Shown here in pieces: positions 1-11,639 of a stretch of 64,000 nt of DNA. The notes beneath the pieces were generated by a model that saw only the letters and a list, made by a program, of their open reading frames with translations, made no database searches and had not been told where the DNA came from. This DNA comes from Dipteris shenzhenensis (lineage: Eukaryota), in assembly GCA_047967505.1 (NCBI GenBank), contig CM106538.1, one strand, 5' to 3'. The translations under genes and the position numbers were made by a program. The first letter of the stretch is position 1. Each line of letters opens with the position of its first letter.

Positions 1-289
1 GAGGCCAATGGGAGAGGAGATAATGTTATAGAAGGACCAATGAGAGAGAAGCACTTAAAACCCTAGTTTTTCTTATATATACTCTCCTTCTCTCATTGTT
101 TCTCTCATTTCAACAAGGAAGAGCAAGAGGAGAAGCAAAAAGAGGAGGAAGAGCAAAAGCAAGCACAAGCATAGTTTTCAACTTTTTTCCAGGTACTTTT
201 TTTAAAATTTGTATTCTTTGAAATTTTATTATAGAGAGAGAACTTAGAGAGAGAAAAGTGAAGGAAATATTTTTAGAGAGAGAATATAA

Positions 290-2640
290 GAGAGAGTCTT
301 GCTGCCTCGGCAGCAAAAGAGAGAGAGAAAGAGAGAGGGAGAGAGAGGAGAGAAGGGGGGGGAAAGAGAGGGGAGAGAAAGGGAGGGGGGAGAGAAGGGG
401 GAGGGGGGGAAGAGAGGGAAGAGAGGGGGGAAGCCGTGACGGGGGGGAGAGAGAGAGGGGAGGGGGAGGCAGCTGCCGCGGCAGTGAAGAGAGGGGGGGG
501 GGAGGGGAGGGGAGGGGAGAGAGAGGGGAGGGGAGAGGGAGGGGAGGGCAGGGGAGAGAGAGAGGGGCAGCGAGAGAGGAGGGGGGGGAGAGAGAAGGGG
601 AGGGGCCGCGGCAGCGAGAGAGAGGGGGAGGGAGAGAGAGAGAGGGGGGGGCAGCTGCGACGGCAGCGAGAGAGGAGGGGGGGGAGAGAGAGAGAAGGGG
701 GGGGCCGCTGCCGCGGCAACGAGAGAGGAGACGTTGGGGAGAGAGAGAAGGGGGAGGCGTGGCAGCGCGAGAGAGGGGGGAGAGAGAGAGAGGGGGGGAG
801 GCTGCGACACGCTATCGCGGCAGCAGAGAGAGGGAGGGAGAGGGAGGAGGGGGAGGGGGGAGAGAGAGGAGGGGGGGCTGCCGCGGCAGCGAGAGAGGAA
901 CGAGGGGGGGAGAGAGAGAGGGGGGGCGCGAGAGAGAGGGGAGGGAGAGACAGAGAGGGGAGGGCCGCTGTCGCGGCAGCGAGAGAGGAGGGGGGGAGAG
1001 AGAGAAGGGGGGGCAGTGAGAGAGAGGGGAGGGAGAGAGAGAGAGGGGGGGCTGCTGCCGCTGCCGCGGCAGCGAGAGAGGGACGGGGGGAGAGAGAGCA
1101 GGGGGGGCAGCGAGAGAGAGGGGGGAGAGGGAGGGGAGGGGAGGGGAGAGAGAGAGGGGGGAGCCGCTGCCGCGGCAACGAGAGAGGGGGAGGGGGGGGA
1201 GAGGGAAGGGGGGGGGCGAGGGCAGCGAGAGAGAGAGGGAGGGAGAGAGAGAGAGGGGGTGGGCCAGTGCCACTGCCGCGGCAGCGAGAGAGGGAGGGGG
1301 GGAGAGAGAGAAGGGGGGGCAGCGAGAGAGAGGGAGGGAGAGAGAGAGAGGGGGGAGAGGGAGGGGAGAGGAGGGGAGAGAGAGAGGGGGGAGCCGCTGC
1401 CGCGGCAGCAAGAGAGGGGGAGGGGGGGAGAGGGAAGGGGGGGGGAGAGAGAGAGGAGGGGGGGGAGAGAGATAAGGGGGGGCAGCGAGAGAGAGGGGGG
1501 GGAGGGGAGGGGAGAGAGAGAGGGGGGGGCCGCTGCCACGGCAGCGAGAGAGGAGGGGGGGAGAGAGAGAAGGGGGGGATGCGAGAGCGAGAGAGGGGGG
1601 GAGGGAGAAAGAGAGAGGAGGGGGGGCCGCGGGCCGCTGCCGTGGCAGCGAGAGAGGAGGGGGGAACAGAGATAAGGGGGGGCAGCGAGAGAGAGGGGGG
1701 GGAGAGAGAGAGAGGGGGGAGAGGGAGGGGAGGGGAGGGGAGAGAGAGAGGGGGGGCCGCTGCCGCGGCAGCGAGAGAGGAGCGGGGGGATGCGAGAGCG
1801 AGAGAGAGGGGGAGGGAGAGAGAGAGAGGAGGGCGGGGCCGCTACCGCGGCAGCGAAAGAGGGGGGGGCAGCGAGAGAGGAGGGGGGGAGAGAGAGACAG
1901 GGAGGGGAGGCCGTTGCCACGGCAGCAGAGAGAGGGGGGGAGGAGAGGGAGGGGGGGAGAGGGAGGGGAGGGGAGGGGAGAGGAGAGAGAGAGGGGGGGC
2001 CGCTGCCGCGGCAGCGAGAGAGGAGGGGGGAGAGAGAGAGGAGGGGCGCAGCAGCGAGAGAGGGGGGGAGGGAGAGAGAGAGAAGGGGGGGGACCACTGC
2101 CGCGCCGAGAGAGAAGGGGGGGAGAGAGAGAGAAGGGGGTGGGAGAGGAGGGGGGCAGCAGAGAGAGAAGGGGGGGGAGAGGAGGGGGGCAGCAGAGAGA
2201 GAAGGGGGGCCGCTGCCACGCCGAGAGAGAAGGGGGGGAGAGAGAGAGAAGGGGGTGGGAGAGAGAGAGGGGGGGCCGCTGCCGCGACAGCGAGAGAGAA
2301 GGGGGGAGAGAGAGAGAAGGGGGGGAGGCGCAGCGAGAGAGAGGAGGGAGAGAGAGAGAGAGAGGGGGGGGCCGCTGCCACGGCAGTGAAAGAGAGGTAG
2401 GGGGGAGAGAGAGAGAGAGGGAGGGGGGAGAGAGAGAGAGAGAGGGGGAGGCCGCTACCGCGACAGCGAGAGGGAGAGAGGGGGGGAGAGAGAGAGAGGG
2501 GAGGGGAGAGAGAGAGAGGGGGGAGGCCTCGACAAGTGAGAGAGAGAGTGGGGAGCGCAAGTGAGAGAGAGGAAAAAGGTGAGGAGAAAGGGAGAGAGAG
2601 AGAGAGAGGGGAAATGAAGAGGAGGGGAGAGAGTAGACTA
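290..2640 (+). repeat. Purine-rich (GA/GG) low-complexity tract with many copies of the palindrome CGCTGCCGCGGCAGCG
   Basis: Almost only G/A except for recurring GCCGCTGCCGCGGCAGCGAGAG motifs. Confidence 0.95.
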
Positions 2641-2710
2641 AGATGAGAGGAAACGTAGACTAGAGCGAAAAGGAAAGAGAGAGAGAGAAGAGTGAGAGAG
2701 ATGGACGAGA

Positions 2711-3330
2711 GATGAAAATTTAGAGAGGGAGGACACGAGAAAGTACGATCGAGATAGAAAATCTTACCAATGAAGAGGAGAAATGAGTGGGCGACGATCG
2801 AGAAAAGATAAAGGAGCTACGATCAATGAGGCATATGAGAGGAGATTGGTGTGTGATTTAGTCGAAACTTAAACAAACAAAACTATAAACCTTTGGTGTT
2901 TGATGATAATTTAGAGAGGAAGGGCACAAGAGAAAGTACGATCGAGATAGAAAATCTTACCAATGAGGAGAAAAAATGAGTGGGCGACGATCAAGAAGAG
3001 ATAAAGGAGAGATGTTTTGATGGAAGAATTTGGGAGCTACGATCAATGCGGCATATTAGAGGAGATTGGTGTGTGATTTAGTCGAAACTTAAACAAACAA
3101 AACTATAAACCTTGGTGTTTGAAAAGAGAAACGTGTGGAAACTAGAATTTCAAATTTCCCGCCTTTTTTTAAACTATGAATCCTTGTGTTTGAAAAGATA
3201 AACGTGTGAAAACTTGAAAATTGTGATAAAAGACAACCTTGTGTTTCAAAAGACAAAACGCGTGGATGTGAAAATTGTGATAAAAGACAACCTTGTGTTT
3301 CAAAAGACAAACACGTGGATGTGAAAAGAC
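2711..3330 (+). repeat. ~190-220 bp tandem duplication followed by ~56 bp short repeats
   Basis: GAAAGTACGATCGAGATAGAAAATCTTACCAATGA...GATTTAGTCGAAACTTAAACAAAC occurs twice; GAAAATTGTGATAAAAGACAACCTTGTGTTTCAAAAGAC occurs twice. Confidence 0.9.
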
Positions 3331-4733
3331 AAATGTATGCTAGAAGCAAAACTTGTAGAAACTTGAATTTAAATTTTTCTTTGTTTTTGAATTTAAAATG
3401 AGTTTCACTTTCATTTTCAATTTACTAGTTTAATTTAGACTATAATGCATTTTGTTTTGGAATATAAAAAGTATAATTTTAATTTTATTACATTTAGATT
3501 TTAAAAGTAGTTTAACTTACATTCGTTATTATTACTTTAATTTATTTCTTTTTAGGGAGAATTAATATATTCTTCTAGGTAAATATTAAATTTTTAATTT
3601 TAAGTCTTGTTTTCTTTATTTTATGTTATTTTTTCATAAACTTTAAGTTAAACTACTTTATAGTTTTTATTATTTAAATTTAAATTTATTAAGATTTTTA
3701 ACTTCTTATTAATGTGAATGTTCAATTCTTATGAGTTGTAAGTAAATTAGTTTTTGAAAATATAAATTTTATCTTTTTAAAATGAGAAGGGGAAGGGAGA
3801 GAGAGAGAAGGGGGGGGCCGCTGCCACGGCAGCAAGAGAGAATGGGGGGGGAGAGAGAGAGAAAGGGGTGGGAGGATGGGAGTGGGAGAGGGAGTGGGAA
3901 TGGGGAAGATGAAAGAATGGACGTGGGCGTGGGAGTGAGAATGGGGGAGGTGGGGTAGGAGGATGGGGGCGGCAGCGAGAGAGAAGGGGAGGGAGAGAAG
4001 GGGGGGAGAGAGAGAGAAAGGGGCGTGAGTTTAGAAAAGATAAAATATAAATTTTATCTTTTTTAAACTCACAACCTTAGTGTATTAAAAAGAATAATGG
4101 AAAACAGATTATTTTTTGCTTTTAATTCGCAACCTAAGGATATTAAAAAGAACAATGGAAAAGAAATTATTTCTTGCTTTTCTTCACTTCGACGGTTGGT
4201 GTAGTCTAGATTAGCATAGATTAGTTTGTCCTTAGAGGAGAGAACTCCAAAAAAACCAATCAAAGCCATGCTCAAAATTTTTCGACTAGATCCTAATCGG
4301 AGTTAGTCCATTCGTTCACATTCAGTTTCACAGTCACAACCACCCTACCATTTAAGCAACGATTAAGGTTTTTAAAAGTCTTTCAAGATGATTGAAAGTT
4401 GTATCAGTGGACATGACAGATTACAGTTGTGGAAGTTGACAGAGCATTTTACACTTATATCAGTTGCGGGAGTTGACAGAGCATTTTGCACTTATATATG
4501 ACAGACTTCAAATTTGTATTCAGAGATCATTGTAAATCCTTATTTTTTTTCACATTTATGCTCTAAGCATTGTAAAGCCTTTTAGGCTATTCCCAAAGCA
4601 TGAAATTGATACTTATATGATTGGGAAGAATAAAAACTTGAGGTGTATTAATGGGACTCATTGTACTTTTGATTTTTCAAAGTAATTGTAGTTTGTCAAA
4701 GTACTTAAAATTTGTGTTGTGCTTGAATACAGG

Positions 4734-5042
4734 ATGGATCTTGAGGCTACAGCATTTGTCAATGGTATGACACTGAAATACAATGGAAGAATTTATGCCC
4801 CAAAGGACTTCACAAACTGGACAGTTGTTGACACAACAAAGAAAGCATGGTTCTTGGTCTTAAGTAAAGGAAATCTCATTCTAGTGATGACAAAGAGAGA
4901 GTTGGAGAAAGATGAGTGGGCATCAAATGTATCTTTCTCAAAGAGCAATTTGATTCAAGGGGGCACCTTAGTAGGAATAAAAATTCAAAAAGACAGTAGT
5001 ACAATGATGATTTACACAAAGTCAAGAATGAGCAACAGATCG
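4734..5042 (+). CDS. Possible exon of a bulb-type (B) lectin-like protein, cut by the assembly gap
   Basis: Open frame after a TACAG acceptor-like site. LVLSKGNLIL...WASNV loosely resembles the B-lectin GNLVL...W.S motif. Weak. Confidence 0.25.
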
Positions 5043-5142
5043 NNNNNNNNNNNNNNNNNNNNNNNNNNNNNNNNNNNNNNNNNNNNNNNNNNNNNNNNNN
5101 NNNNNNNNNNNNNNNNNNNNNNNNNNNNNNNNNNNNNNNNNN
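5043..5142. other. Assembly gap (100 N)
   Basis: Run of 100 N; true size and relative contig orientation unknown. Confidence 1.
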
Positions 5143-5445
5143 TCTTTCCCCCCCCTTCTCTCGTCTCTCTCCCTCTCTCTTTCTTTCTCTCTTTTGCTGC
5201 CGAGGCAGCAAGACTCTCTCTCTTCTTTTCTCTCTCTAAAAATCTATCCTTCAAAAATTTCAAAGAATACAAATTTTAAAAACAGTACCTGGAAAAAAGT
5301 TGAAATCGATGCTTGTGCTTGCTTTTGCTCTTCCTCCTCTTTTTGCTTCTCCTCTTGCTCTTCCTTGTTGAAATGAGAGAAACAATGAGAGAAGGAGAGT
5401 ATATATAAGAAAAACTAGGGTTTTGAGTGCTTCTCTCTCATTGGT

Positions 5446-6300
5446 CTCACTCCCATCCTCCCACCCCACCTCCCCCATTATCACTCCCACGCCCACGCCC
5501 ATTCTTTCACCTTCCCATTTCCACTCCCTCTCCCACTCCCATCCTCCCACCCCACCCCTCCCACTCCCACCCTCACTCCACCCCCACCTCCCCCATTCCC
5601 ACTCCCACTCCCACTCCCATTCTCCCACCCACTCACATCCTCCACCTACACGTCTCACTCCCACTCCCATCCTCCCACCCCCCACCCCTCCCCCCCCATT
5701 CCCACTCCCACTCCCATTCTCCCACCCTTATCCTCCCACCTCACCCCTCCCACTCCCATCCTCCCACTCCCATTTTCCCACCCCCCCACCTCCCCCATTC
5801 CCACTCCCACTCCCATTTTCCCACCCCCCCCACCTCCCCCACTCCCACTCCCTCCCCCATCCTCCCACCCCACCCCTCCCACTTCCACCCCCACCTCCCC
5901 CATTCCCACTCCCATCCTCCCACCTCACCCCTCCCACTTCCACCCCCACCTCCCCCATTCCCACTCCCTCTCCCACTCCCATCCTCCCACTCCCACTCCC
6001 CACCCCACCCCTTCCACTCCCACTCCCATCCTCCCATCCTCCCACCCTCACCCCACCCCCACCTCCCCCATTCCCACTCCCACTCCCATTCCCACTCCCA
6101 TTCTCCCACCCCCACCTCCCCCATTCCCACTCCCTCTCCCACTCCCACTCCCACTCCCACTCCCACTCTCCCACCCCCACCCCCACCGCCCCCATTCCCA
6201 CTCCCTCTCCCACTCTCCCTTTCTCCCACTACCACCCTCCCACACTCCCTTTCTCCACTTTCCCACTCTCCCTTTCTCCCACTACCACCCTCCCAACTAT
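5446..6300 (+). repeat. C-rich (ACTCCC/ATTCCC/ACCCCC)n hexamer tract; G-quadruplex-prone on the minus strand
   Basis: Directly visible degenerate hexamer repeat. Confidence 0.93.
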
Positions 6301-6374
6301 CAATTCCACTATTACTTATAAATTCTAATTAAAACTATTACTTAAATAAATGATATTACTTGAAAACACTCATA

Positions 6375-7155
6375 GGATTTAAGGTTTAGGATTTCGTGGT
6401 TTGGGTTTAGGATTTGGGGTTTGGTGAGTTAGGGTTTAGGGTTTAGGGTTCAAGGTTTGAGGGTTAGGGTTTGGGGGTTAGGGTTTAGAGTTTGGTGGTT
6501 TAGGGTTTAGGGTTTAGGGGTTAGGGTTTAGGATTTAGGGTTTGGGGGTTAGGGTTTAGGGTTTGGGGTTTAGGGTTTAGGGTTTGGGGTTTAGGGTTTG
6601 GGAGTTAGGGTTTAGGGTTTGGGAGTTAGGGTTTAGGGTTTAGGGTTCAGGGTTTGGGGTTTAGGGTTTGGGTTTTGGGAGTTAGGGTTTAGGGTTTAGG
6701 GTTTGGGAGGGTTTGGGAGTTAGGGTTTAGGGTTTAGGGTTTAGGGTTTGGGGGTTAGGGTTTGGGGTTTGGGGGTTAGGGTTAAGGGCTTAGGGTTTAG
6801 GAGTTAGGGTTTAGAGTTTAGGGTTTGGGGGTTAGGGTTATGGGTTTAGGGTTTAGGGTTTCGGGTTTGGGAGTTAGGGTTTGGGGTTTGGGGTTTGGGA
6901 GTTAGGGTTTAGGGTTTAGGGTTTAGGGTTTAGGGTTTGGGAGTTAGGGTTTAGGGTTTAGGGTTTAGGAGTTAGGGTTTAGGGTTTGGGGTTTAGGGTT
7001 TAGGGTTTGGGAGTTAGGGTTTGGGGTTTGGGGGTTAGGGTTTAGGGTTTGGGGTTTGGGGGTTAGGGTTTAGGGTTTAGGGTTTAGGGTTTAGGGTTGT
7101 TATTGGTTAGGATTTAGGGTTGTTTTGGTTTACGGTTTAGGGTTTAGGGTTTATG
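6375..7155 (+). repeat. Interstitial telomere-like array (TTTAGGG with TTAGGG, TTTGGGG, TTTGGGAG variants)
   Basis: About 780 bp of plant-type telomere motif and variants. Confidence 0.97.
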
Positions 7156-7242
7156 GTTGTTATTGGTTAGTGTCTAATTAAATTTTCAAACACGTTCTGG
7201 ATTTTTAAATCATTAATAAAGTAGATTATTAAGAAGAGACTA

Positions 7243-10200
7243 ATGTTCTTTATAATGGTTGTTACAGCTTGTTTGCAGAGGAAACTCACAAAGGAGATGG
7301 CTACAAAATTTATTCCGGGGATGGAGGTGATTTTATGTTGCAAAAGAGAAGTAGTTGCATTTGCTACAATCCATGAAAGTGATCCAAATTCTATTTGTCA
7401 CTTTAGAAGACTTGGCGAAGATAAGGTAGCGGTTATCGTATCAAGGATTCTTAGTGCACATGTTGAGCTAAAGCATAAGTGTGGGGATATGGAAATCCTT
7501 GGAGATGTTATGCCCTATAATACTTCCAACAAAGCATTTATTGCATGGGACAGAGATGAGACTTATCCAACACATGTCATCAGGAATACAAAGTGCATAT
7601 CTTTGGATTTTAGAGTGGGAGATATTTTACAAATGTTATCATTTACAAATAAGTATGTAGCAGAAGGTCAAGTCTTGGGATTTGAACAAGTTGAACACTG
7701 GACATTTGCGCAGATGAGAATTCAAAAAGTTACTGATGATGGTATGGATGATAACTCAATGTCATTGGATGGTCCCTACTATGAGGTAGGTAAGGATTTG
7801 AGATGGAGCATGCAATTTTTAAAGATTGGAAAGACTCGGCATGTGGTTTTTAATGATAAACATAATGTATACTACAACATCAAAGAATTGAAAGAATATG
7901 CCAATGTACCAAGCTCTATTCCTTCAGAGATGGATGATTCCAATGCACTCAACTATAGCACTGACGTCTTATCAGAAGTCGATGAGTTCATTGGTACCGA
8001 GAAAGAAAAATATTTCACAAGTGATGCCTTATCCGGGGTGGATGAGTTCATGCACATTGAGAACTTGGGCAAAGATGTGAAAAGTGTTATATCTTCAAGC
8101 ATGGATGGCTTCATGGATACTGATAAAGTTCTTGGAGTCAAAGCAGGTAACTATGGAATTATGGAAATCATGCACGATAGTATAATGAGTGATGTTCTCT
8201 CTGGAGTAGAGGAGTTTCAAGACTATGGAGTTATGAAATCCATAGAAAGTGCATCAATGAGCGATGTTCTCTCAGGAATAGATGAGTTTGAAGATCATTC
8301 TGGACAGTCTATCACCACTGACTATGGAGTTATGAAATCCATAGAAAGTGCATCAATGAGTGATGTTCTCTCAGGAATAGATGAGTTTGAAGATCATTCG
8401 GGACACTCTAATGCCATTGTGACAAGTGGTTCTACGATTGTATCAAAAGTAGGGATGAGATCAACAAAGGACTATTCGGTGTTTGACTTTGATTGTGAAC
8501 TTGTAAATGTTACAAATGGTTTGACGAATGTATCAAAAGCAAGGATGACATCAACAAAGGAATATTCAGTATTTGACTGTCAGAGTGATAAGATCAAGGA
8601 TGCAACATCTCATGAAAACAACGTGACAAATAAATCTTACAAGGAGAACTACACAAATCCAAATAAGAATGAACAGAAGGTCCCAAAACGGACATACAGA
8701 TGCATGAAAAGACAACGAGTGCAGGCAGATCTAGAAAAGCAACCAAAGAGAATAAGAGTAATGAATGAAGATGTTATGCTAAAAGCAATGCGATCTACAT
8801 GCTGTAAGCATACATGTATGCGATCCATTAACTTACATGACATCAAGGGTTGTAGAGAACATGTATGGCAAAGGAAAGGAAGCAGAAGAAATGAATACCT
8901 ACTCACGAGATTGTCTTGCTTTCTTGTAAATGATAAGAGAAGGCGAAGTTCAGGACATCAAATAAGGCCTCTTATAAATGGAAAAAGTATATGCAATAAT
9001 GCATATCGCATTATTACAGGATTATCACATGGCACATATTGGAATTTGGCTAATAAAGCAAAGTATGGAGTTAAATTTAACATTCATGGAAACATAGGAA
9101 GGCCCAAAACAAGAGCCTCAACGGTTGCGGCAACAGCAATTTTGAAAGATTACATTTATGAAAATGCTTTACCACAACCCCACCTATCAGAAATGCATCT
9201 TCCGATAGGTTTGACCAAAAAAGAAGTATTTAACTCTATTGGAGAAACACAGAGGCAAAGAGGGCATGCACCGGCATCTTTTCATACTTTGTATACTCTT
9301 TGGAAAAAAAGCTTTGGACATGTTAAAATCCCAAAGAGGCAAAAAATGTCAAAGTGCAACGACTGTGATGATCTAAAGCGAGCACTTGAGAGTGCAACAT
9401 CTCCAGAACAAAAAGAAGCTTACAAAAGAAAGAGAGAATTTCATCATGGACTTGTTCGACATTCTAGAATAAAATATGCATTTTGGAAGGAGCAAGCTAT
9501 TTCTCACCCAAATGAGTACATGTGCATTATTGTAGATGGTATGGATCAAAATACAACAACATTACCTTGATTCGTTAACACTCCACCTAAGCTACAAGGC
9601 AAATACTTTTTAAAGACACATCTATGTGGAGTGTTAGTGCACGGATTTAAGTTTTTGGCAGACATATGGATTGATTCCTTGCATCTACACGATAGCAATC
9701 AAGTTGTAACATCCGTTATGAAGGCAATTCACAATGTACATGCAAAAAAAAGGTCGCCTACCAGCAACTTTGAGAATACAAGCAGACAATTGTGGACGAG
9801 AGAATAAGAATGTACTCTTCTTTGCATTTTGCTCAACGCTAATCGCTCATAGAATCTTCAATGAGATTGAAGTTGGGTTTTTGTTGGTTGGGCACACACA
9901 TGAGGATATCGATCAGGTATTTAGCACAGTTTCAAGAGAACTAAAACACAAGGACATGGAGACAATGGATGACTTGATAAGAAAATGCGGGAGGCAAGTT
10001 GGTGGCCGTAAGGAAGCAACAATATGCTCAATGGTTGAGAGGATGTATGATTGGAAGAGCTTTATTCTACCTTTCATACAAAAAGGTGGTGATGCCCTGA
10101 TTGGTCATAGCGCTCCACACTATTTTCGATTTTTCTTAAAGGATGAAAAACCAGTGATGCAATGGCAACACTATTCTCTTGATACAAAATGGGAACCTGA

Positions 10201-11005
10201 AGAACCTTACTCTCTCTTAACTTCAATCCCGAGCAAAGAAATGCATCCAACATGGGCTCCTATAAAAGAATTCAGCGAGAAATCCAAAGGTGAAATAGAA
10301 GGCTTAAAAGCTTTTATTGCATACAAAGAGGAAATGCTCCGGAGATTTCCTGATTGGAAGCCCTCTTGGAAGGAACACACTACTGTTGTAATTAGCAAGA
10401 CCTACCAATTGATAAAGGACCTTGCAAAAATGCGAGAAGATGATATTAAGGCAGAACGGCCTTTATTTTGGCCAAATGTTGGTAATGACTTGCGTCCAGC
10501 ATGTGGTCTCTTTGAAAATGAGTTTGAATCGTTGCTCCCACGTCCATATTGTGGACCCAAGAAGAGAGAGTTTATGCCACAAATAGACATAGATGTCCAT
10601 TGTTTTGTTGCAGTTCGACCATCGGATGATGAACATGAGAACGTGAAGTTTTGGGTTGCAAAAGTAGTTGACGTGAGCATGGATGACTGGGGGAGAGCTA
10701 CAACATTTACAGCGGTATGGTATGAGCCAAGGGGCAGGAAGGAGAACCAAGATAACAGTACATTGTATAGTAGTTGTTTGAAAAAGGAATGGGTCCCAAA
10801 CCATGAAGCAATTTCAAGACTTTCCACAGAGACAGTCATAGTATCCTGGAAATCAAGGTCAAAGAAAACAAAGAAACACATGGGGTATGATGTAGAAGAC
10901 AAAATAAAATTACCGCAACCAATTATTACGCACATTACAGAGTTCACAAAGATGCTCGCCCGGGAGGAAGTAGAAGGAGATAGCGCAAATGAAGAATGCC
11001 CATGA
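7243..11005 (+). pseudogene. ~1250-aa DDE transposase (Sola1/DUF7869-type core), disrupted by one stop and one frameshift
   Basis: Motifs CCKHTC, KCNDC, IIVDGMDQ, QADNCGRENKN and FLLVGHTHEDIDQVFS. TGA at 9568-9570 (probably from CGA) is followed by in-frame FVNTPPKLQGKYFLKTHLCGVLVHG. An A8 run at 9744-9751 shifts into ORF 9734-11005. Confidence 0.85.
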
Positions 11006-11639
11006 TAACACCATTCAAATATCGAGAAAGAGTGAAGGTGGTGGTGGTTGTCAGATGAGAATGAATGAAGATGGCACCCAAGCGAGAAGTGACGACAGAA
11101 AGGACATTCTGAACAAGCAAATGTTTGGATCGCTCATTTCTGTGATCATGATAGAAAAGGACATTCAAACAAGCAAATGTTTGGATCGCCCATTTGTACT
11201 AAACTCATTGTAAAGGAAAAATTAAATTATTGAAAAGGCCACAGGAGATCCTTTGTACAAAGACTCATCCAGAGCAATATTTGTTGTAAAACTTATGACA
11301 TGATAATGTAAAATTGCAAGCATAGCTATTGCTACTTTTTGGAGTACAAAAGAGGCTTCCATCATGTCTCATGTGTATATAAACCTTTTAATTTCTTGAA
11401 TATTCAAGAGTGTTATAGTTTTCTGCATTGAAAGTAAAAAGAGTCTTACAGGTCTCTTATGTATACATTTTTAAAATGTTGTGAATCCTCAATAGCATGG
11501 TTTTTCATGGATTTAAACTAATAACTCGGATTTTTTATTTTAAGAATATGATTCTTATAAACAAGAAATAGAAATTTAGGATTTAATAGTAGTTTTTGCA
11601 TTATTTGTACAACATTGTAGAGAGATATTTTGAAATGTC

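Larger units (their letters stand above)
1..4441. repeat. Direct copy of 59968-64000; non-coding upstream/terminal region of the telomere-led transposon family, in reverse orientation
   Basis: Position 1 (GAGGCCAATGGGAGAGG) matches 59968. Collinear through the GA tract, sub-repeats and AT-rich block to GTGGAAGTTGA (4441 vs 64000). Confidence 0.95.
5143..7155 (+). repeat. Inverted copy of ~58248-60330; 5143-5445 is also an inverted copy of ~35-367
   Basis: Unique spacer CAACTATCAATTCCACTATTACTT...GAAAACACTCATAGGATTTAAGG (6294-6383) is the reverse complement of ~58912-59003. TTTTGCTGCCGAGGCAGCAAGACTCTC is the reverse complement of ~292-318 and ~60256-60282. Confidence 0.93.

Noticed and set aside
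244-2564. Many long overlapping ORFs (up to 654 aa) rich in R/E/G or P/S/L; same at 60155-62202
   Set aside because: By-products of stop-free GA/CT low-complexity DNA; open in nearly all frames.
5423-6332. Pro/His-rich extensin-like ORFs (also 58965-60021 and 22186-24008)
   Set aside because: Translations of hexamer or homopurine tracts; multiple frames open and no signal peptide.
6375-7155. True chromosome end or ancestral end-to-end fusion
   Set aside because: Arrays are short, degenerate, internal and embedded in a repeated element context; there is no head-to-head TTTAGGG/CCCTAAA fusion junction.
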